From: Dickeya dadantii NCPPB 898
GTDB taxonomy: Bacteria > Pseudomonadota > Gammaproteobacteria > Enterobacterales > Enterobacteriaceae
Direction of reading: 5' to 3'
Length of the DNA stretch: 32,000 nt
NCBI RefSeq assembly: GCF_000406145.1
Contig: NZ_CM001976.1
Span: 4,455,175 to 4,487,174, forward strand
Both the position numbers and the translations under genes were made by a program. Under the pieces are notes generated by a model, which was not told the DNA's origin, did not search any database, and saw nothing but the letters and a program-made list of their open reading frames with translations. Shown here piece after piece: positions 14,417 to 25,314 of the stretch (its first letter is position 1; each line of letters begins with the position of its first letter).

Positions 14417-14493
14417 TGGGGTGGCTAATGGGACTCGAACCCACGACAACTGGAATCACAATCCAGGGCTCTACCAACTGAGCTATAGCCACC
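14417..14493 (-). tRNA. hisR: tRNA-His (anticodon GUG)
   Basis: 77 nt. The reverse complement reads GGTGGCTATAGCTCAGTTGGTAGAGCCCTGGATTGTGATTCCAGTTGTCGTGGGTTCGAGTCCCATTAGCCACCCCA, including the extra 5' G typical of tRNA-His. Confidence 0.95.
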
Positions 14494-14574
14494 ATATACC
14501 ACTGCTTTACTACGTATTCCAGTACTCAACTTACGGGGTAATAAGTACCTCCGCAGCTCCCGCACTCAATTTAA

Positions 14575-14651
<77 letters not shown>

Positions 14652-14672
14652 ATAGCGCCGTTGCGGGTGGGG

Positions 14673-14701
14673 ATAGTACGGATTTAATATGGGCCTGTCC
14701 A
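14673..14701 (-). promoter_or_regulatory. Candidate sigma70 promoter of the argX-hisR-leuT-proM operon
   Basis: The minus strand has TGGACA, a 17-nt spacer and TACTAT, followed by the GC-rich discriminator CCCCACCCGC typical of stringently controlled stable-RNA promoters. An A-tract (GAAAAAGC) lies just upstream. The -10 element ends 21 nt upstream of the tRNA-Arg 5' end. Confidence 0.5.
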
Positions 14702-14797
14702 GTGCTTTTTCACAGAAATGATGCGTTTGCTTATGCTTTGCTCATTTGAGCTCAAAACCCGCTTCAATCCACCGTCACCACCCGCCGTTAGCCGCGA

Positions 14798-16192
14798 TTA
14801 CTCGGCTTCCGTTTGCATTTCCGGCTGTTTTTTACCGAGCCCCAGCACAACGTAAAACAAGCTGACCGCGGCCAGGAAAATACCGCCGACCACCAGCGAC
14901 ATACGCGTGTCCTCATTGATGTACATCCCGACCAGCACGCAGAGCAGAAACGCCATCGTCAGGTAGTTCACCCACGGGAACAGGATCGACTTGAACGGAT
15001 GGCCAGCGAGCGCCGACTGATGCTGCTGACGGAAACGCAACTGGCTTATCAGCACCACAAACCAGGGAATCATCCCCGGCAGCACGCTGGCGCTGTACAC
15101 GTACACGAACACTTTTTCCGGATTGGGGATAAGGTAATTCAGCGCCGAACCGGCCACCAGGCACAGGATGGACACCATCACCCCAATAGCCGGCACGCCG
15201 CCCGCCGTCACCCGGCCCAGCGCCGCCGGCAACTGACGGTTGTTGGCCAGCGAATAGAGCATACGCCCGCAGCTGTACATGCCGCTATTGCAACCGGACA
15301 ACGCCGCCGTCAGCACCACGAAGTTGATGATGCCTGCCGCAGCGGTGATACCGATTTTGGCGAAGGTCAGCACAAACGGGCTGCCGGACGTGCCGATCTC
15401 ATTCCACGGGAAAATGGTCACAATCACGAAAATGGCGCCGACATAGAAAATCAGGATACGCCACAGGATATTGTTGATCGCCCGCTTCAGCGTCACCTGC
15501 GGGTTGCGGGCTTCACCAGCGGTAATGCCGACCAGTTCCACCCCCTGATAGGAGGCCACCACCAGACAGAGCGCAAACAGCAGCCCTTTCCAGCCGCCCG
15601 CCAGGAAACCGCCATGCTCGGTCAGGTTAACAAAACCGGTGGCTTGGCCGTGGTTGCCGATGCCGAAGAAAATGATGCCGACGCCCACCACAATCATCAC
15701 CACAATGGTGGTGATCTTGATCATCGAGAACCAGAACTCGATTTCACCATACAGCCGCACCGCCGCCAGATTGGCCGCCGCCACCAGCGCCACGGCGCCG
15801 ATCGCCGGTATCCACTGCGGCAAGGTCGGGAACCAGTACTGCACATACACGCCGATGGCGGTAATTTCCGAAATGCCGACCGCCATCCACATAAACCAAT
15901 ACCCCCACGCCGTGAGATAGCCGAAGAACGGACTCAGGTAATTGTGGGCGTAAACCGCGAACGAACCGGTCACCGGTTCCAAAAACAGCATTTCCCCCAT
16001 CGACCGCATGATGAAGAACACAAAAATGCCTGCCACGATATAGGCCAGCAGCACGGACGGCCCGGCCCATTTCAGGGCGCTGGCCGCCCCCATGAACAAG
16101 CCCACGCCGATGGTGCCGCCCAGCGCGATAAGCTCGATATGTCGCGCTTCCAGCCCACGGTGGAGCTTGTCTTGTTTTTCTATATTTACCAT
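14798..16192 (-). CDS. yifK: Amino-acid permease YifK (APC family)
   Basis: 464 aa and near-colinear with E. coli YifK as recalled ([27 protein letters not shown]...). It sits in the conserved position between wecG and the tRNA operon. Confidence 0.93.
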   Translation of the reverse strand: MVNIEKQDKLHRGLEARHIELIALGGTIGVGLFMGAASALKWAGPSVLLAYIVAGIFVFFIMRSMGEMLFLEPVTGSFAVYAHNYLSPFFGYLTAWGYWFMWMAVGISEITAIGVYVQYWFPTLPQWIPAIGAVALVAAANLAAVRLYGEIEFWFSMIKITTIVVMIVVGVGIIFFGIGNHGQATGFVNLTEHGGFLAGGWKGLLFALCLVVASYQGVELVGITAGEARNPQVTLKRAINNILWRILIFYVGAIFVIVTIFPWNEIGTSGSPFVLTFAKIGITAAAGIINFVVLTAALSGCNSGMYSCGRMLYSLANNRQLPAALGRVTAGGVPAIGVMVSILCLVAGSALNYLIPNPEKVFVYVYSASVLPGMIPWFVVLISQLRFRQQHQSALAGHPFKSILFPWVNYLTMAFLLCVLVGMYINEDTRMSLVVGGIFLAAVSLFYVVLGLGKKQPEMQTEAE

Positions 16193-16426
16193 ATAACCTC
16201 TGTCTTTAATGGTTCCTTTTTACGCCGGCATCAAAAGCGTTATTGTTTTATACCCGTCATGTTTCACATGGGTATACCGGCTCTCTCCCGGCAAAGCATT
16301 ACCGCTCCCCGACCGGAAAAACGGCCGAGAAGATACCGCAATGCAAACCGGATTCCTACCCTTCCTGTACCCGGACATGATGAAATAAACAGCGCAGGCA
16401 GACCTTGATCACAACGATAAAGCGGT

Positions 16427-16481
16427 AAAAAAAGTGGTACGACGGGCAGCAAGCGCGAAGCCAGGCCGCCGTCGCCATACC
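16427..16481 (-). terminator. Candidate terminator after wecG
   Basis: The minus strand has GGTATGGCGACGG, a 21-nt loop and CCGTCGTACC, followed by ACTTTTTTT. The stem is imperfect and the loop long, so support is moderate to low. Confidence 0.35.
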
Positions 16482-16505
16482 AGCCAGCACCGTATTGAAA
16501 CGCGC

Positions 16506-17243
16506 CTAGAGTTTGCCGCCGAAATGCCAGACCAGATAGCGCAACAGTTTGAACTGGCGGCGAAAACGGCTGGGTTGCGTCAGCAAGCGGTACAACCATT
16601 CCACCCCGTAACGCCGCCACGCCGGCGGCGCGCGTTTGACCTGCCCGGTAAACACATCGTAAGTACCGCCCACGCCCATATAAAGCGCGGCGGGATACAG
16701 CCGACGGCAATCACGCATCAACAACTCCTGCCGCGGCGACCCCAGTGCCACCGTCACCAGTTGCGCGCCACTGTCGCGCACGCGTTCCAATACCGCCTGA
16801 CGCTGTTCCGGCGCGAAATAACCGTCCTGCGTTCCGACAATGTTGACCTGCCACTGCTCACGCAGCTTGCGCTCGGTTTCCGCCAGCACCGCCGGTTTAC
16901 CACCGAGCAGAAACACCGGCGTTCCCAACTGCCCGGCGCGCTGCATCAGCGCCTCCCACAGATCGGCGCCGGCGATACGCTGCACCTGAGCGCCCGGATA
17001 TTTGCGGCGAATGGAACACACCACGCTGATGCCGTCGGCATAGTTGCAATTTCCCTCCTGCAACATCAGTTCACGCAGCGACGCATCGCGGTCGGCGGCC
17101 ATCACCTTTTCGGCATTAATGGCAATCAGCGTTCCCGGGTGCGGCGAGCCGCCCGCAAACAGCGCCGACACACACTGGTCCATGTCCCGAAAACCCTGCA
17201 CCGGGATGCCGCGAATGCGGTACTGCGGCTGTGCATCATTCAT
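16506..17243 (-). CDS. wecG: UDP-N-acetyl-D-mannosaminuronic acid transferase (ECA)
   Basis: 245 aa that aligns end to end with E. coli WecG/RffM as recalled ([10 protein letters not shown]...YADGISVV...[12 protein letters not shown]). Its start overlaps the wzyE stop by 4 nt (ATGA). Confidence 0.93.
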   Translation of the reverse strand: MNDAQPQYRIRGIPVQGFRDMDQCVSALFAGGSPHPGTLIAINAEKVMAADRDASLRELMLQEGNCNYADGISVVCSIRRKYPGAQVQRIAGADLWEALMQRAGQLGTPVFLLGGKPAVLAETERKLREQWQVNIVGTQDGYFAPEQRQAVLERVRDSGAQLVTVALGSPRQELLMRDCRRLYPAALYMGVGGTYDVFTGQVKRAPPAWRRYGVEWLYRLLTQPSRFRRQFKLLRYLVWHFGGKL

Positions 17244-18580
17244 TCCGTTTCTCCTTGAGATGGCGCGCGGGCGGCAACCGCGCCGGCGCGCAACAACAGC
17301 CAGTACAGCAATTTAGCCGCCAGCAGGCAGACAGCGAAAACCAGACAGAAAAACACCACCCGTGAGACAAACGCATCCAGCCCTTCACGCACCAGCACGA
17401 TCAGGTTAAAAACCGCGCCAAAGCAGAACGCCTGCAACACGGCGGACAGATAGCGGTTTTCCGCCTGCCGCCCATAGTGGTAAAGGCCATCAAACCCTTT
17501 GATAAGCAACCCGACCGCGACCGCGCCGGCCGGAATCAGCAGCGGTCCGTCCATGATCAGCAGCGAACCGAGCAAGGTCGGCGATATCGCCAGCCCGGCA
17601 TGATAATTCAGCACTTCCCAGGTGAAATAGTTGGCGCTGTTAAGCACCAGCGCCGGTCGATCCGGCCACAGCCAGGCGGGAATAAAGACATAGAAATCCC
17701 GTACGATGGGCGCCAACCCCTGTAGCGTGATCTGGTCGAGATGTTGCCATAGCATGGCCAGATTTTCCCACGGCGAAAAGGTATCCCGCGTCAGATACAA
17801 AAAGGTGTAGAACGCCTCTTCGCCCTGTACGTCCAGACCGTAGCGCTTGAGCGCCAGCCAGAACATCGCCACGATACCGCCGCCGCCCGCCGCCGCCAGC
17901 ATCCACCAGGCAATCCAACCGCGTTGCAGGCCAATAAACAGAAACAGGGCGAAGGCGATGATGATATTGGCACGGGTGCCGCCCACCAGTAGGTAGGTCA
18001 ACCCACCAAACGCGACGGTCGTCAGCAGGAAAATCAACCAGGCTCGCCGGGTCTGGTGCAGGAAATACCACATCAGCATGGCGGGAATAAAGAAGTAGAA
18101 GAAGCGCTTCAGGGCGACGCCGGCGACGTCGCGAGAGAAAATCTGGCTATAGGAGCTGAGTTTGAACAACAACAGGCCATTGTTGGCAAAGAACACTGCT
18201 GCGGTCACCAGCGCCACCAGCGCCAGCAATCCAGCGGTGAGAAGCGCTTCCAGCCGCGTCATGGTCAACGGCAATGGGCGTGATACCGGCGGCGCGGACC
18301 GCAGCCGGGTTTTATAACTGACATAATAAATGACGTAAAACGCCGTGGCGGACAGCAGCGCCAGCAGCAGGTTCAGCGGTGAGGCCGTCTCCACCCCGAA
18401 GCGAAATGTCAGTAAGGCGGTTAACGGAAAGCCGAAATAGAACGTCAGCAGATACAACAGGGAAAACAACACGTTGAAGTTGAAACGCCAGCGGCGGAAT
18501 TCACGCCCGCTCAGCCACAGCACCACGCCGCCACCGCCCAGCCAAACCAGCCACAACCCGAAAAACGCCCACTCAGTCAT
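17240..18580 (-). CDS. wzyE: ECA polymerase
   Basis: Polytopic membrane protein. I chose the start at 18580 ([10 protein letters not shown]...), giving 447 aa, which aligns with the E. coli WzyE N-terminus (FRRxRFNFNV). The track start at 18691 would overlap wecF by 119 nt. Confidence 0.9.
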   Translation of the reverse strand: MTEWAFFGLWLVWLGGGGVVLWLSGREFRRWRFNFNVLFSLLYLLTFYFGFPLTALLTFRFGVETASPLNLLLALLSATAFYVIYYVSYKTRLRSAPPVSRPLPLTMTRLEALLTAGLLALVALVTAAVFFANNGLLLFKLSSYSQIFSRDVAGVALKRFFYFFIPAMLMWYFLHQTRRAWLIFLLTTVAFGGLTYLLVGGTRANIIIAFALFLFIGLQRGWIAWWMLAAAGGGGIVAMFWLALKRYGLDVQGEEAFYTFLYLTRDTFSPWENLAMLWQHLDQITLQGLAPIVRDFYVFIPAWLWPDRPALVLNSANYFTWEVLNYHAGLAISPTLLGSLLIMDGPLLIPAGAVAVGLLIKGFDGLYHYGRQAENRYLSAVLQAFCFGAVFNLIVLVREGLDAFVSRVVFFCLVFAVCLLAAKLLYWLLLRAGAVAARAPSQGETE

Positions 18581-19658
18581 CACAGTCTCCCGCCACCAGT
18601 GACAACGCCTGCCGCCACCCTTGTTCATAGCCGGGGCTGAAGAACGCAATCTGCCGGGTATCGATGTGCGCCAGTTGCTCGCGGGCGTCACGCACCATCG
18701 CCTGATTCAGCGTCTCCTCGCCAAGCAGCACCGGCAGGCGCTGTTGCGACAAATCAAGCCGGAACGGGTTATGACGACTGATGACGAACGGTACGCCCAG
18801 TTGGATCAGCAAACACAGGGTGCCAATCCCCTGCTGGCGGTGAAACAGGAAGTAGCCGAGATCGCAGGTGCGCAGCAACGCCAGATAGTCATCGAACGCC
18901 AGTGATTCACGCAACACCCGGCAACGGTCAGCGCCGAACAACGCCAGCCCGTGCTGCGCCACCTGCTCAATGTAGGCATGGTTGCCGGCCGGATACCCCA
19001 TCGGCACGATCACCCGCGCCTGCACGCCAAACTGACGATGAATGGCATCAAGCGCCGCCAGATGGCGGTTGCTGCGATCGCCGGAGTTGCCGACCAGAAT
19101 AGTCAGCAGCGCGTCCGGCGCTTTTTCATGTGGACTCGCCGCATGCAGGCTCATGCGGGTGGGGAAATAGAGCAGCGACGTCGCCGCGGCCGGATATCGC
19201 CGCCGGAAATAGTCGATGTCGCCGCGGGTGGCGAACACCCGAGCGACCCGCCGCTGCGCCAGCCGTCGCAGACGGTAAAACCAGCGGTATCTCCAGCCGC
19301 GGGCTTCCTCATACAGGTCCGCGCCCCAGATGTGCCAGTACGCCTGCGTCGTGCTGATACCGCCGCACAGCAACGCCAGCCACAGCCAGGGGTTAAACTG
19401 GCCGTGAAAAAAGAAACGGACCGATCGATCTTCACGCGCCTGCACCACCACGGCACGCGCCAGTGCTTTCTGGTCAGCGAAACGCGCTATCTGCAACGCC
19501 GGATAGGCATGCCCGGAGAGTTCAGCCGCCGAGACGACCATAAACCGCCGTACCTGATGCGACGGCAGCGACGGCGCCAGCGTATCATTAAAGAAACGCA
19601 GCACCGTCTGATTATGGTGGGGAATATCCGCCCCCAGAACGTGAATAAGTGTGGTCAT
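18573..19658 (-). CDS. wecF: TDP-N-acetylfucosamine:lipid II N-acetylfucosaminyltransferase (ECA)
   Basis: I chose the start at 19658 ([25 protein letters not shown]), which matches the E. coli WecF N-terminus, giving 361 aa. It overlaps the wzxE stop by 4 nt and the wzyE start by 8 nt. Confidence 0.9.
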   Translation of the reverse strand: MTTLIHVLGADIPHHNQTVLRFFNDTLAPSLPSHQVRRFMVVSAAELSGHAYPALQIARFADQKALARAVVVQAREDRSVRFFFHGQFNPWLWLALLCGGISTTQAYWHIWGADLYEEARGWRYRWFYRLRRLAQRRVARVFATRGDIDYFRRRYPAAATSLLYFPTRMSLHAASPHEKAPDALLTILVGNSGDRSNRHLAALDAIHRQFGVQARVIVPMGYPAGNHAYIEQVAQHGLALFGADRCRVLRESLAFDDYLALLRTCDLGYFLFHRQQGIGTLCLLIQLGVPFVISRHNPFRLDLSQQRLPVLLGEETLNQAMVRDAREQLAHIDTRQIAFFSPGYEQGWRQALSLVAGDCDD

Positions 19659-20905
19659 GCTCGCCTGCAGTACAGAATGAAAACGCCGCAACACAGCAGA
19701 AAATAGACCGCATAGGTTGCCAGATACGCCTGCGACGCGCCCAGCGCGCCATGCAATGGAATCAGCCAGCGGGAAAATCCGGTCAGCAGCAGAAACTGGC
19801 CGAGCTCAGCCAGCAAATAGAAGCGCAGCGAGGCTCTGGCAACCACCAGGTAACCAAAAACGTAAGCGCCTACTTTCAATACATCGCCTGCCAGCTGCCA
19901 GGCAAACAGGTCACGCATGGCCGAAAACGCGCTGGAAAACAGTAAGCGGATCGCCACATCGCGCCACAGCCAGATAGCTACGCCTACCGCGGTAGCCACC
20001 GGCAACACAAACCGCAACGCGCTGAGAATCTCACGCCGGACCGCGCGTTTATCCTGCAGGCGCGCCAACGCAGGCAGCAAATAAACCGTGAATGACGCGG
20101 TAATGAATTGCAGCCAGGCATCAGAAATGGTGGTGACCCCCTGCCACACCCCCACTTCCTGCCAGGAGTAATGGGTCGCCAGCAGATTTCGCATCATCAC
20201 GTAACCCACCGGCAGCGTTACGGCGGTGATCAACGTCATCAGACTAAAACGGGTTAACTGACCGGCCAGCGGCCACGACCAATCAGGTGTGAGCGCTTGC
20301 AAACCTAATGGCGTTCGCCGGAACAACAGTATCAGCGCGGGCACGCACGTCAGCGCCGGCATCAGCGCCAATCCCACCAACGCGCCGGTATACGCCCCAA
20401 GCCACACGCTGACGCCGTACGCCACCGCCCCCAGCAGACTGCCGGCCATAACGGCCAGCGCGTTGCCCCGTGCATCCTGATAACCTTTCAGAATAGCCAG
20501 CAGCAGGCTGGCGCCCGCGATGCCCAGTTGCAGCCAGGCCAGCGCACGGATGGCAGGCTGGTAGGCGTCATCACCGAACAGCAGGCGCGACAGCGGCGCA
20601 GCCAGCAGCCACAACGCCAGCGTCAACAGCAGCGAGCAACCCATCGACAGCGATACCGCCGTCCCCAGCAACGGGCCGGGGCGGTTGGCATCGGGCGGGG
20701 CGGCGGCCACCGCGCGGGTTACGCCGTTGGCGATGCCCGCGCCGGCCATTACGCCCAGTACGGTGATCAACTGACGGTAGTTCCCGGCCAGCCCGACGCC
20801 TTCCGGGCCGAACGTCACCGCCAGCAGTTTGATGACCGCCAGCCCCGCGCCGATTTTGACCAGCGTGGAGGCAGCCGTCCATAACGAGGCGCGCGCCAGC
20901 GACAT
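19655..20905 (-). CDS. wzxE: ECA lipid III flippase
   Basis: 416 aa, the length I recall for E. coli WzxE, and the N-terminus MSLARASLWTAASTLVKIGAGL matches it. Confidence 0.93.
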   Translation of the reverse strand: MSLARASLWTAASTLVKIGAGLAVIKLLAVTFGPEGVGLAGNYRQLITVLGVMAGAGIANGVTRAVAAAPPDANRPGPLLGTAVSLSMGCSLLLTLALWLLAAPLSRLLFGDDAYQPAIRALAWLQLGIAGASLLLAILKGYQDARGNALAVMAGSLLGAVAYGVSVWLGAYTGALVGLALMPALTCVPALILLFRRTPLGLQALTPDWSWPLAGQLTRFSLMTLITAVTLPVGYVMMRNLLATHYSWQEVGVWQGVTTISDAWLQFITASFTVYLLPALARLQDKRAVRREILSALRFVLPVATAVGVAIWLWRDVAIRLLFSSAFSAMRDLFAWQLAGDVLKVGAYVFGYLVVARASLRFYLLAELGQFLLLTGFSRWLIPLHGALGASQAYLATYAVYFLLCCGVFILYCRRA

Positions 20906-22035
20906 CAGGAAAAGAAACTCAGCGCCGAATTGATGACGGTACGCTGATCAAGGTCAGACAGGTTGTAGAACAGCGGCAGACGCACCAACCGTTCGCTTTC
21001 CCGCGTGGTATGACGGTCTTCACCGACAAAACGGCCAAACTGCCGGCCAGCCGGGCTGGAATGCAATGGAATATAGTGGAACACCGTCAGGATCTCCGCT
21101 TCTTTCATATGGCTGATGAACGCTGAACGTTCCGCTTCATTTCGCAGGCGCAGGAAAAACAGGTGGCCATTGTGGCGACAGTCCGCCGGGATCACCGGCA
21201 ACGTCACCCGGCCTGCCGCCGCCAGCGGCGCGAACGCGCGCGCATAGTGTTGCCATAACATCAGGCGCCGCTCATGAATGCGCTGCGCCGCTTCCAGTTG
21301 CCCCCACAGATAAGCGGCCTGAATATCCGCCATCAGATAACTGGAGCCGATGTCGCGCCAGGTATATTTATCCGCCTGCCCACGAAAGAACTGGCTACGG
21401 TTGGTGCCTTTCTCGCGGATAATCTCGGCCCGCTCCGCCAGCTCGGGGGCGTTGATCAGCGTAGCGCCGCCTTCACCGCCCGCGGTGTAATTCTTGGTTT
21501 CGTGGAAACTGAAACAACCGATATGGCCGATGGCGCCCAGCGGCCGCTCCTGATAGCGCGACATCATCCCCTGCGCCGCATCTTCCACCACAAACAACCC
21601 GTGTTGCTGCGCCAGCGCCATGACGGCGTTCATGTCGCAGCCCACCCCGGCGTAATGCACCACCACAATCGCGCGGGTCTTGTTCGTAATCGCGGCTTCG
21701 ATGCGGTTTTCGTCAAGATTGAGGGTATCCGGCCGGATGTCGACAAACACGATGGTAGCGCCGCGCAGCACGAAAGCGTTGGCGGTGGAGACAAAGGTGT
21801 AGCTCGGCATGATGACTTCGTCGCCGGGCTGGATGTTCAGCAACAACGCCGCCATTTCCAGCGACGCGGTGCAGGAAGGCGTCAGCAGTACCTTGCAACT
21901 GCCCGAATAACGTTCCAGCCACTGCTGACAGCGACGGGTAAAAGCGCCGTCGCCGCTGAGCTTGCCGCTGCGCATCGCAGCCTGCATATATTCCAGTTCT
22001 GATCCCACCACCGGCGGCGAGTTAAAAGGAATCAT
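20905..22035 (-). CDS. wecE: dTDP-4-amino-4,6-dideoxygalactose transaminase (ECA)
   Basis: 376-aa DegT/DnrJ/EryC1-type aminotransferase in the conserved position. Its stop shares one nucleotide with the wzxE start (TGATG). Confidence 0.93.
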   Translation of the reverse strand: MIPFNSPPVVGSELEYMQAAMRSGKLSGDGAFTRRCQQWLERYSGSCKVLLTPSCTASLEMAALLLNIQPGDEVIMPSYTFVSTANAFVLRGATIVFVDIRPDTLNLDENRIEAAITNKTRAIVVVHYAGVGCDMNAVMALAQQHGLFVVEDAAQGMMSRYQERPLGAIGHIGCFSFHETKNYTAGGEGGATLINAPELAERAEIIREKGTNRSQFFRGQADKYTWRDIGSSYLMADIQAAYLWGQLEAAQRIHERRLMLWQHYARAFAPLAAAGRVTLPVIPADCRHNGHLFFLRLRNEAERSAFISHMKEAEILTVFHYIPLHSSPAGRQFGRFVGEDRHTTRESERLVRLPLFYNLSDLDQRTVINSALSFFS

Positions 22036-22066
22036 GTCGTCACCTGCAGAATCATCATCGGTAGAG

Positions 22067-22094
22067 CCATTATCGATAAACCATTATCGATAAA
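22067..22094. repeat. Perfect 14-bp tandem duplication spanning the wecD stop codon
   Basis: CCATTATCGATAAA occurs twice in tandem (22067-22080 and 22081-22094). The second copy contains the last wecD codons and its stop codon. Confidence 0.9.
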
Positions 22095-22788
22095 ACCAGT
22101 AGGCCGTGCTCTCCACCCGCGCGCCGCTGCGCAGGTAGAGGCGTAACGCCGCCAGATTGCTGGTCTGGGTCGCCACCGTCAACCGGCGAATGCCGCGCTG
22201 CTGACACCAGACCCGCGCCACCTGCATCAGCCGCTGACCAATCCCTTGCCCGGTCATACCCGGCCAGGCGGACAACACGCCGATACGCGCGGTGCTGGGC
22301 GACGTCTGGCGCAACGTAACAAACCCCTGCAACGGCAAGCCCTGACCGCCCATCACCAGACAGGCATCGTCAAAGGTGCCATACACCGCTTTTTCCACCC
22401 AACGCGCATAAAAACGGCCACAATCGTCCGGGCCATACCACGGTGCCCGGAACCGGCTCAGCACAAAACTTTTTGTCGCCGCCGCGCACAGCGCCGGAAT
22501 ATCCCCTGCCTCCGCCTCCCGCACGCCAACGGCGAACATGGCCCGGGCGACAGGCACGACCGGCATACTGAAATCCATCTCGCCTTCCGCCAGCCGAAAC
22601 CCCAGCGCCGATAGCGCATCCGCCGTCGCCAGATCGTTGGCCGCCAGCTTAGCCTGGCATAACTCATAGCGATCCAGATCGGCGAGGGTTAACGGCGGTG
22701 CGGTCTCCTGAAAACTCAACCGCCCGCTGATACGCTGAAAAAAATCGCTTTCCCAGACCAGAGGTTCAATCTCAGCACGAACAGGCAT
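22084..22788 (-). CDS. wecD: dTDP-fucosamine acetyltransferase (ECA, GNAT)
   Basis: 234 aa with a GNAT core (GQGIGQRLM) in the conserved position upstream of wecE. Confidence 0.88.
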   Translation of the reverse strand: MPVRAEIEPLVWESDFFQRISGRLSFQETAPPLTLADLDRYELCQAKLAANDLATADALSALGFRLAEGEMDFSMPVVPVARAMFAVGVREAEAGDIPALCAAATKSFVLSRFRAPWYGPDDCGRFYARWVEKAVYGTFDDACLVMGGQGLPLQGFVTLRQTSPSTARIGVLSAWPGMTGQGIGQRLMQVARVWCQQRGIRRLTVATQTSNLAALRLYLRSGARVESTAYWFYR

Positions 22789-22835
22789 AGGTCACTCCGG
22801 TTAACGCAGAATCCACAGCCGTCACCACGTCGCCT

Positions 22836-24101
22836 TCACCGCCAGACGCCTTTGGTGTCCACCACCCAACGTTGCGCCACCTGTTCAGGGGCAATCGCCC
22901 TGAACTGCCGGTGATCCACCAGCAAAACCAGGACGTCCGCTTCACTCAGCGCCCGATCGATATTCACCAGCCCGGCTTTTTCCTGCAAGCCAGGCGGTAA
23001 CTGCCGGATATGAGGCTCGACCACCCAGGTCGTCCCGGCATGCCATTCGGCAATCTGCCCGGCGATCGCCAGCGCCGGACTCTCGCGAAGATCTTCCACA
23101 TCGGGCTTGAACGCCAGCCCCAGACAGGCGATGCGCAGATCGCAGGCCCGTTGGTTTCCCTGCGCCAGCGCCTCCGCCACCATGACTTTCACCTGCTCCA
23201 CCACCCAGCGGGGCTTGGCGTCATTCACCTCGCGGGCGGTGCGAATCAGACGCGCCTGCTGCGGATGCTGCGATACGATAAACCAGGGATCGACCGCGAT
23301 GCAGTGACCGCCCACGCCCGGCCCCGGTTGTAAAATATTGACGCGCGGATGGCGATTAGCCAGGCGAATCAGCGCCCACACATCGATCTGCTGTTCGGCG
23401 CAAATCAGCGACAGCTCATTGGCGAACGCGATATTGACGTCCCTGAAGCTGTTTTCCGTCAGTTTGCACATTTCAGCGGTTCGCGAGTCCGTCATCGCAC
23501 ACTCGCCGTCGAGCAGGAACAGGCGATACAACTCGCTGGCCCGCGCCGAGCAACGCGGCGTCATCCCGCCAATCACCCGATCCTGGCTGAGCAGTTCTTC
23601 CATAATGCGGCCGGGCAACACCCGTTCCGGGCAATAGGCAATGCGGATATCCGATGCCTCGCCGGCCTGCTGGGGAAAGCTCAGATCCGGCCGCGCCTGC
23701 GCCAGCCAGCGCGCCATCTGCTCGGTGGTACCGACCGGCGACGTCGACTCCAGAATCACCAGATCCCCCGGTTTCAGCACCGGCGCCAGCGACAGGGCGG
23801 CGGCTTCCACAAACGAGACATCAGGCCGATGGTCCGCTTTTAACGGGGTCGGCACCGCGATAAGAAAGGCCTGCGCCGATACCGGCCGACTGCCGGCCTG
23901 CAAATATCCTTGCGCCACCGCCGCCTGCACCGCCTGCGCCAGTCCCGGCTCCGCAATATGAGTATGGCCCCGGTTGATGCTCTCCACCACGTGCGGGTTC
24001 ACATCCACACCAAAAACAGACTGTTGCCGCGAGGCCAACAGCGTAGCGGTCGGTAGGCCGATATACCCGAGACCCAGCACACAAATGCGATTAAAACTCA
24101 T
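22836..24101 (-). CDS. wecC: UDP-N-acetyl-D-mannosamine dehydrogenase (ECA)
   Basis: 421 aa with an N-terminal Rossmann motif ([12 protein letters not shown]) and UDP-glucose/GDP-mannose dehydrogenase family features. It overlaps the wecB stop by 4 nt. Confidence 0.93.
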   Translation of the reverse strand: MSFNRICVLGLGYIGLPTATLLASRQQSVFGVDVNPHVVESINRGHTHIAEPGLAQAVQAAVAQGYLQAGSRPVSAQAFLIAVPTPLKADHRPDVSFVEAAALSLAPVLKPGDLVILESTSPVGTTEQMARWLAQARPDLSFPQQAGEASDIRIAYCPERVLPGRIMEELLSQDRVIGGMTPRCSARASELYRLFLLDGECAMTDSRTAEMCKLTENSFRDVNIAFANELSLICAEQQIDVWALIRLANRHPRVNILQPGPGVGGHCIAVDPWFIVSQHPQQARLIRTAREVNDAKPRWVVEQVKVMVAEALAQGNQRACDLRIACLGLAFKPDVEDLRESPALAIAGQIAEWHAGTTWVVEPHIRQLPPGLQEKAGLVNIDRALSEADVLVLLVDHRQFRAIAPEQVAQRWVVDTKGVWR

Positions 24102-25228
24102 GCGGTCACCCGGTGTTGTTTCAAAACGGAGAGAATTCGTTGGCTGGCCAAGCCGTCGCCATAAGGGTTATGCGCATAGCTCATCGCCTGATAAACGGCA
24201 GCATCCGCCAGCAGTTGGGAAACCTCGCGGATAATCGTCACGGTATCGGTGCCCACCAGCCGGACGGTGCCGGCGGCCAACGCTTCCGGCCTTTCGGTGG
24301 TCTCCCGCATCACCAGCACCGGTTTTCCGAGCGAAGGCGCTTCTTCCTGAATCCCTCCCGAATCCGTCAGGATCAGCCAGGCGCGATTCATCAGGTAGAC
24401 GAAAGGCAAATAGTCCTGCGGCGCGATCAGAAACACGTTATCGATACCGCTGAGAATACGTTGCACCGGCTCCAGTACGTTGGGGTTGCGGTGTACCGGA
24501 TAAACGATCTGAATATCCGGATGATGGCGGGCGAGCGCCGCCAGCGCGTGACAAATTCGCTCCATCCCTTCGCCAAAGCTTTCCCGCCGATGGCTGGTAA
24601 CCAGAATCATTTTCCGCTCCGGCTCCAGAAAGGCGTACTTTTCCTGCAACTGGTCACGCAATGCCGCGTCGCGGGCGATCAGATCCCGCACCCAGAATAA
24701 AGCGTCAATCACCGAATTGCCCGTCACCCAGATGCGGGACGGCGGGACCTGCTCCCGGCGCAAATTCTGCCGCGCGGTGATCGTCGGCGCAAAATGATAG
24801 GTCGCCAGACGACCGGTCAGCAGGCGATTAGCTTCTTCCGGCCACGGAGCCGTCAGATTACCGGTGCGCAGGCCGGCTTCGATATGCGCGACCGGAATAC
24901 GATGGTAAAACGCCGCCAGGCTGGTCATCAGAGTCGTGGTGGTATCGCCGTGCACCAGCATTAGGTCAGGCTGGAACTGGGTCAACACCGGCCCCAGCCC
25001 AGAGAGGATACGGGCGGAAATCTCCACCAGCCCCTGATCCGGCTGCATAACATTGAGATCGTAGTCCGGCACAATCTCAAACAGGCGCAGTACCTGATCA
25101 AGCATGTCGCGGTGCTGCGCCGTCACACAGACTTTGGATTCAAAGAAAGCATCCTGAGCCATCGCCCGTATCACCGGCGCCATTTTTATCGCTTCAGGGC
25201 GAGTGCCAAAAACCGTCAATACTTTCAC
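24098..25228 (-). CDS. wecB: UDP-N-acetylglucosamine 2-epimerase (ECA)
   Basis: 376 aa. The sequence [19 protein letters not shown]... is the canonical WecB N-terminus. Confidence 0.95.
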   Translation of the reverse strand: MKVLTVFGTRPEAIKMAPVIRAMAQDAFFESKVCVTAQHRDMLDQVLRLFEIVPDYDLNVMQPDQGLVEISARILSGLGPVLTQFQPDLMLVHGDTTTTLMTSLAAFYHRIPVAHIEAGLRTGNLTAPWPEEANRLLTGRLATYHFAPTITARQNLRREQVPPSRIWVTGNSVIDALFWVRDLIARDAALRDQLQEKYAFLEPERKMILVTSHRRESFGEGMERICHALAALARHHPDIQIVYPVHRNPNVLEPVQRILSGIDNVFLIAPQDYLPFVYLMNRAWLILTDSGGIQEEAPSLGKPVLVMRETTERPEALAAGTVRLVGTDTVTIIREVSQLLADAAVYQAMSYAHNPYGDGLASQRILSVLKQHRVTA

Positions 25229-25314
25229 TGATGACTCTCTTTATTCCGGCTTGCCGCCACGGTAACCCATTCATTCATATCAATACTGTACTGTCTGTGC
25301 CAATCATCCCCCAC

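Noticed and set aside
18581-18691. The longer N-termini offered by the ORF track for wzyE (start 18691) and wecF (start 19694).
   Set aside because: The extra residues ([18 protein letters not shown]..., MLRRFHSVLQAS) have no counterpart in the E. coli proteins as recalled. The internal ATGs reproduce the conserved N-termini and the classic ATGA-type overlaps.
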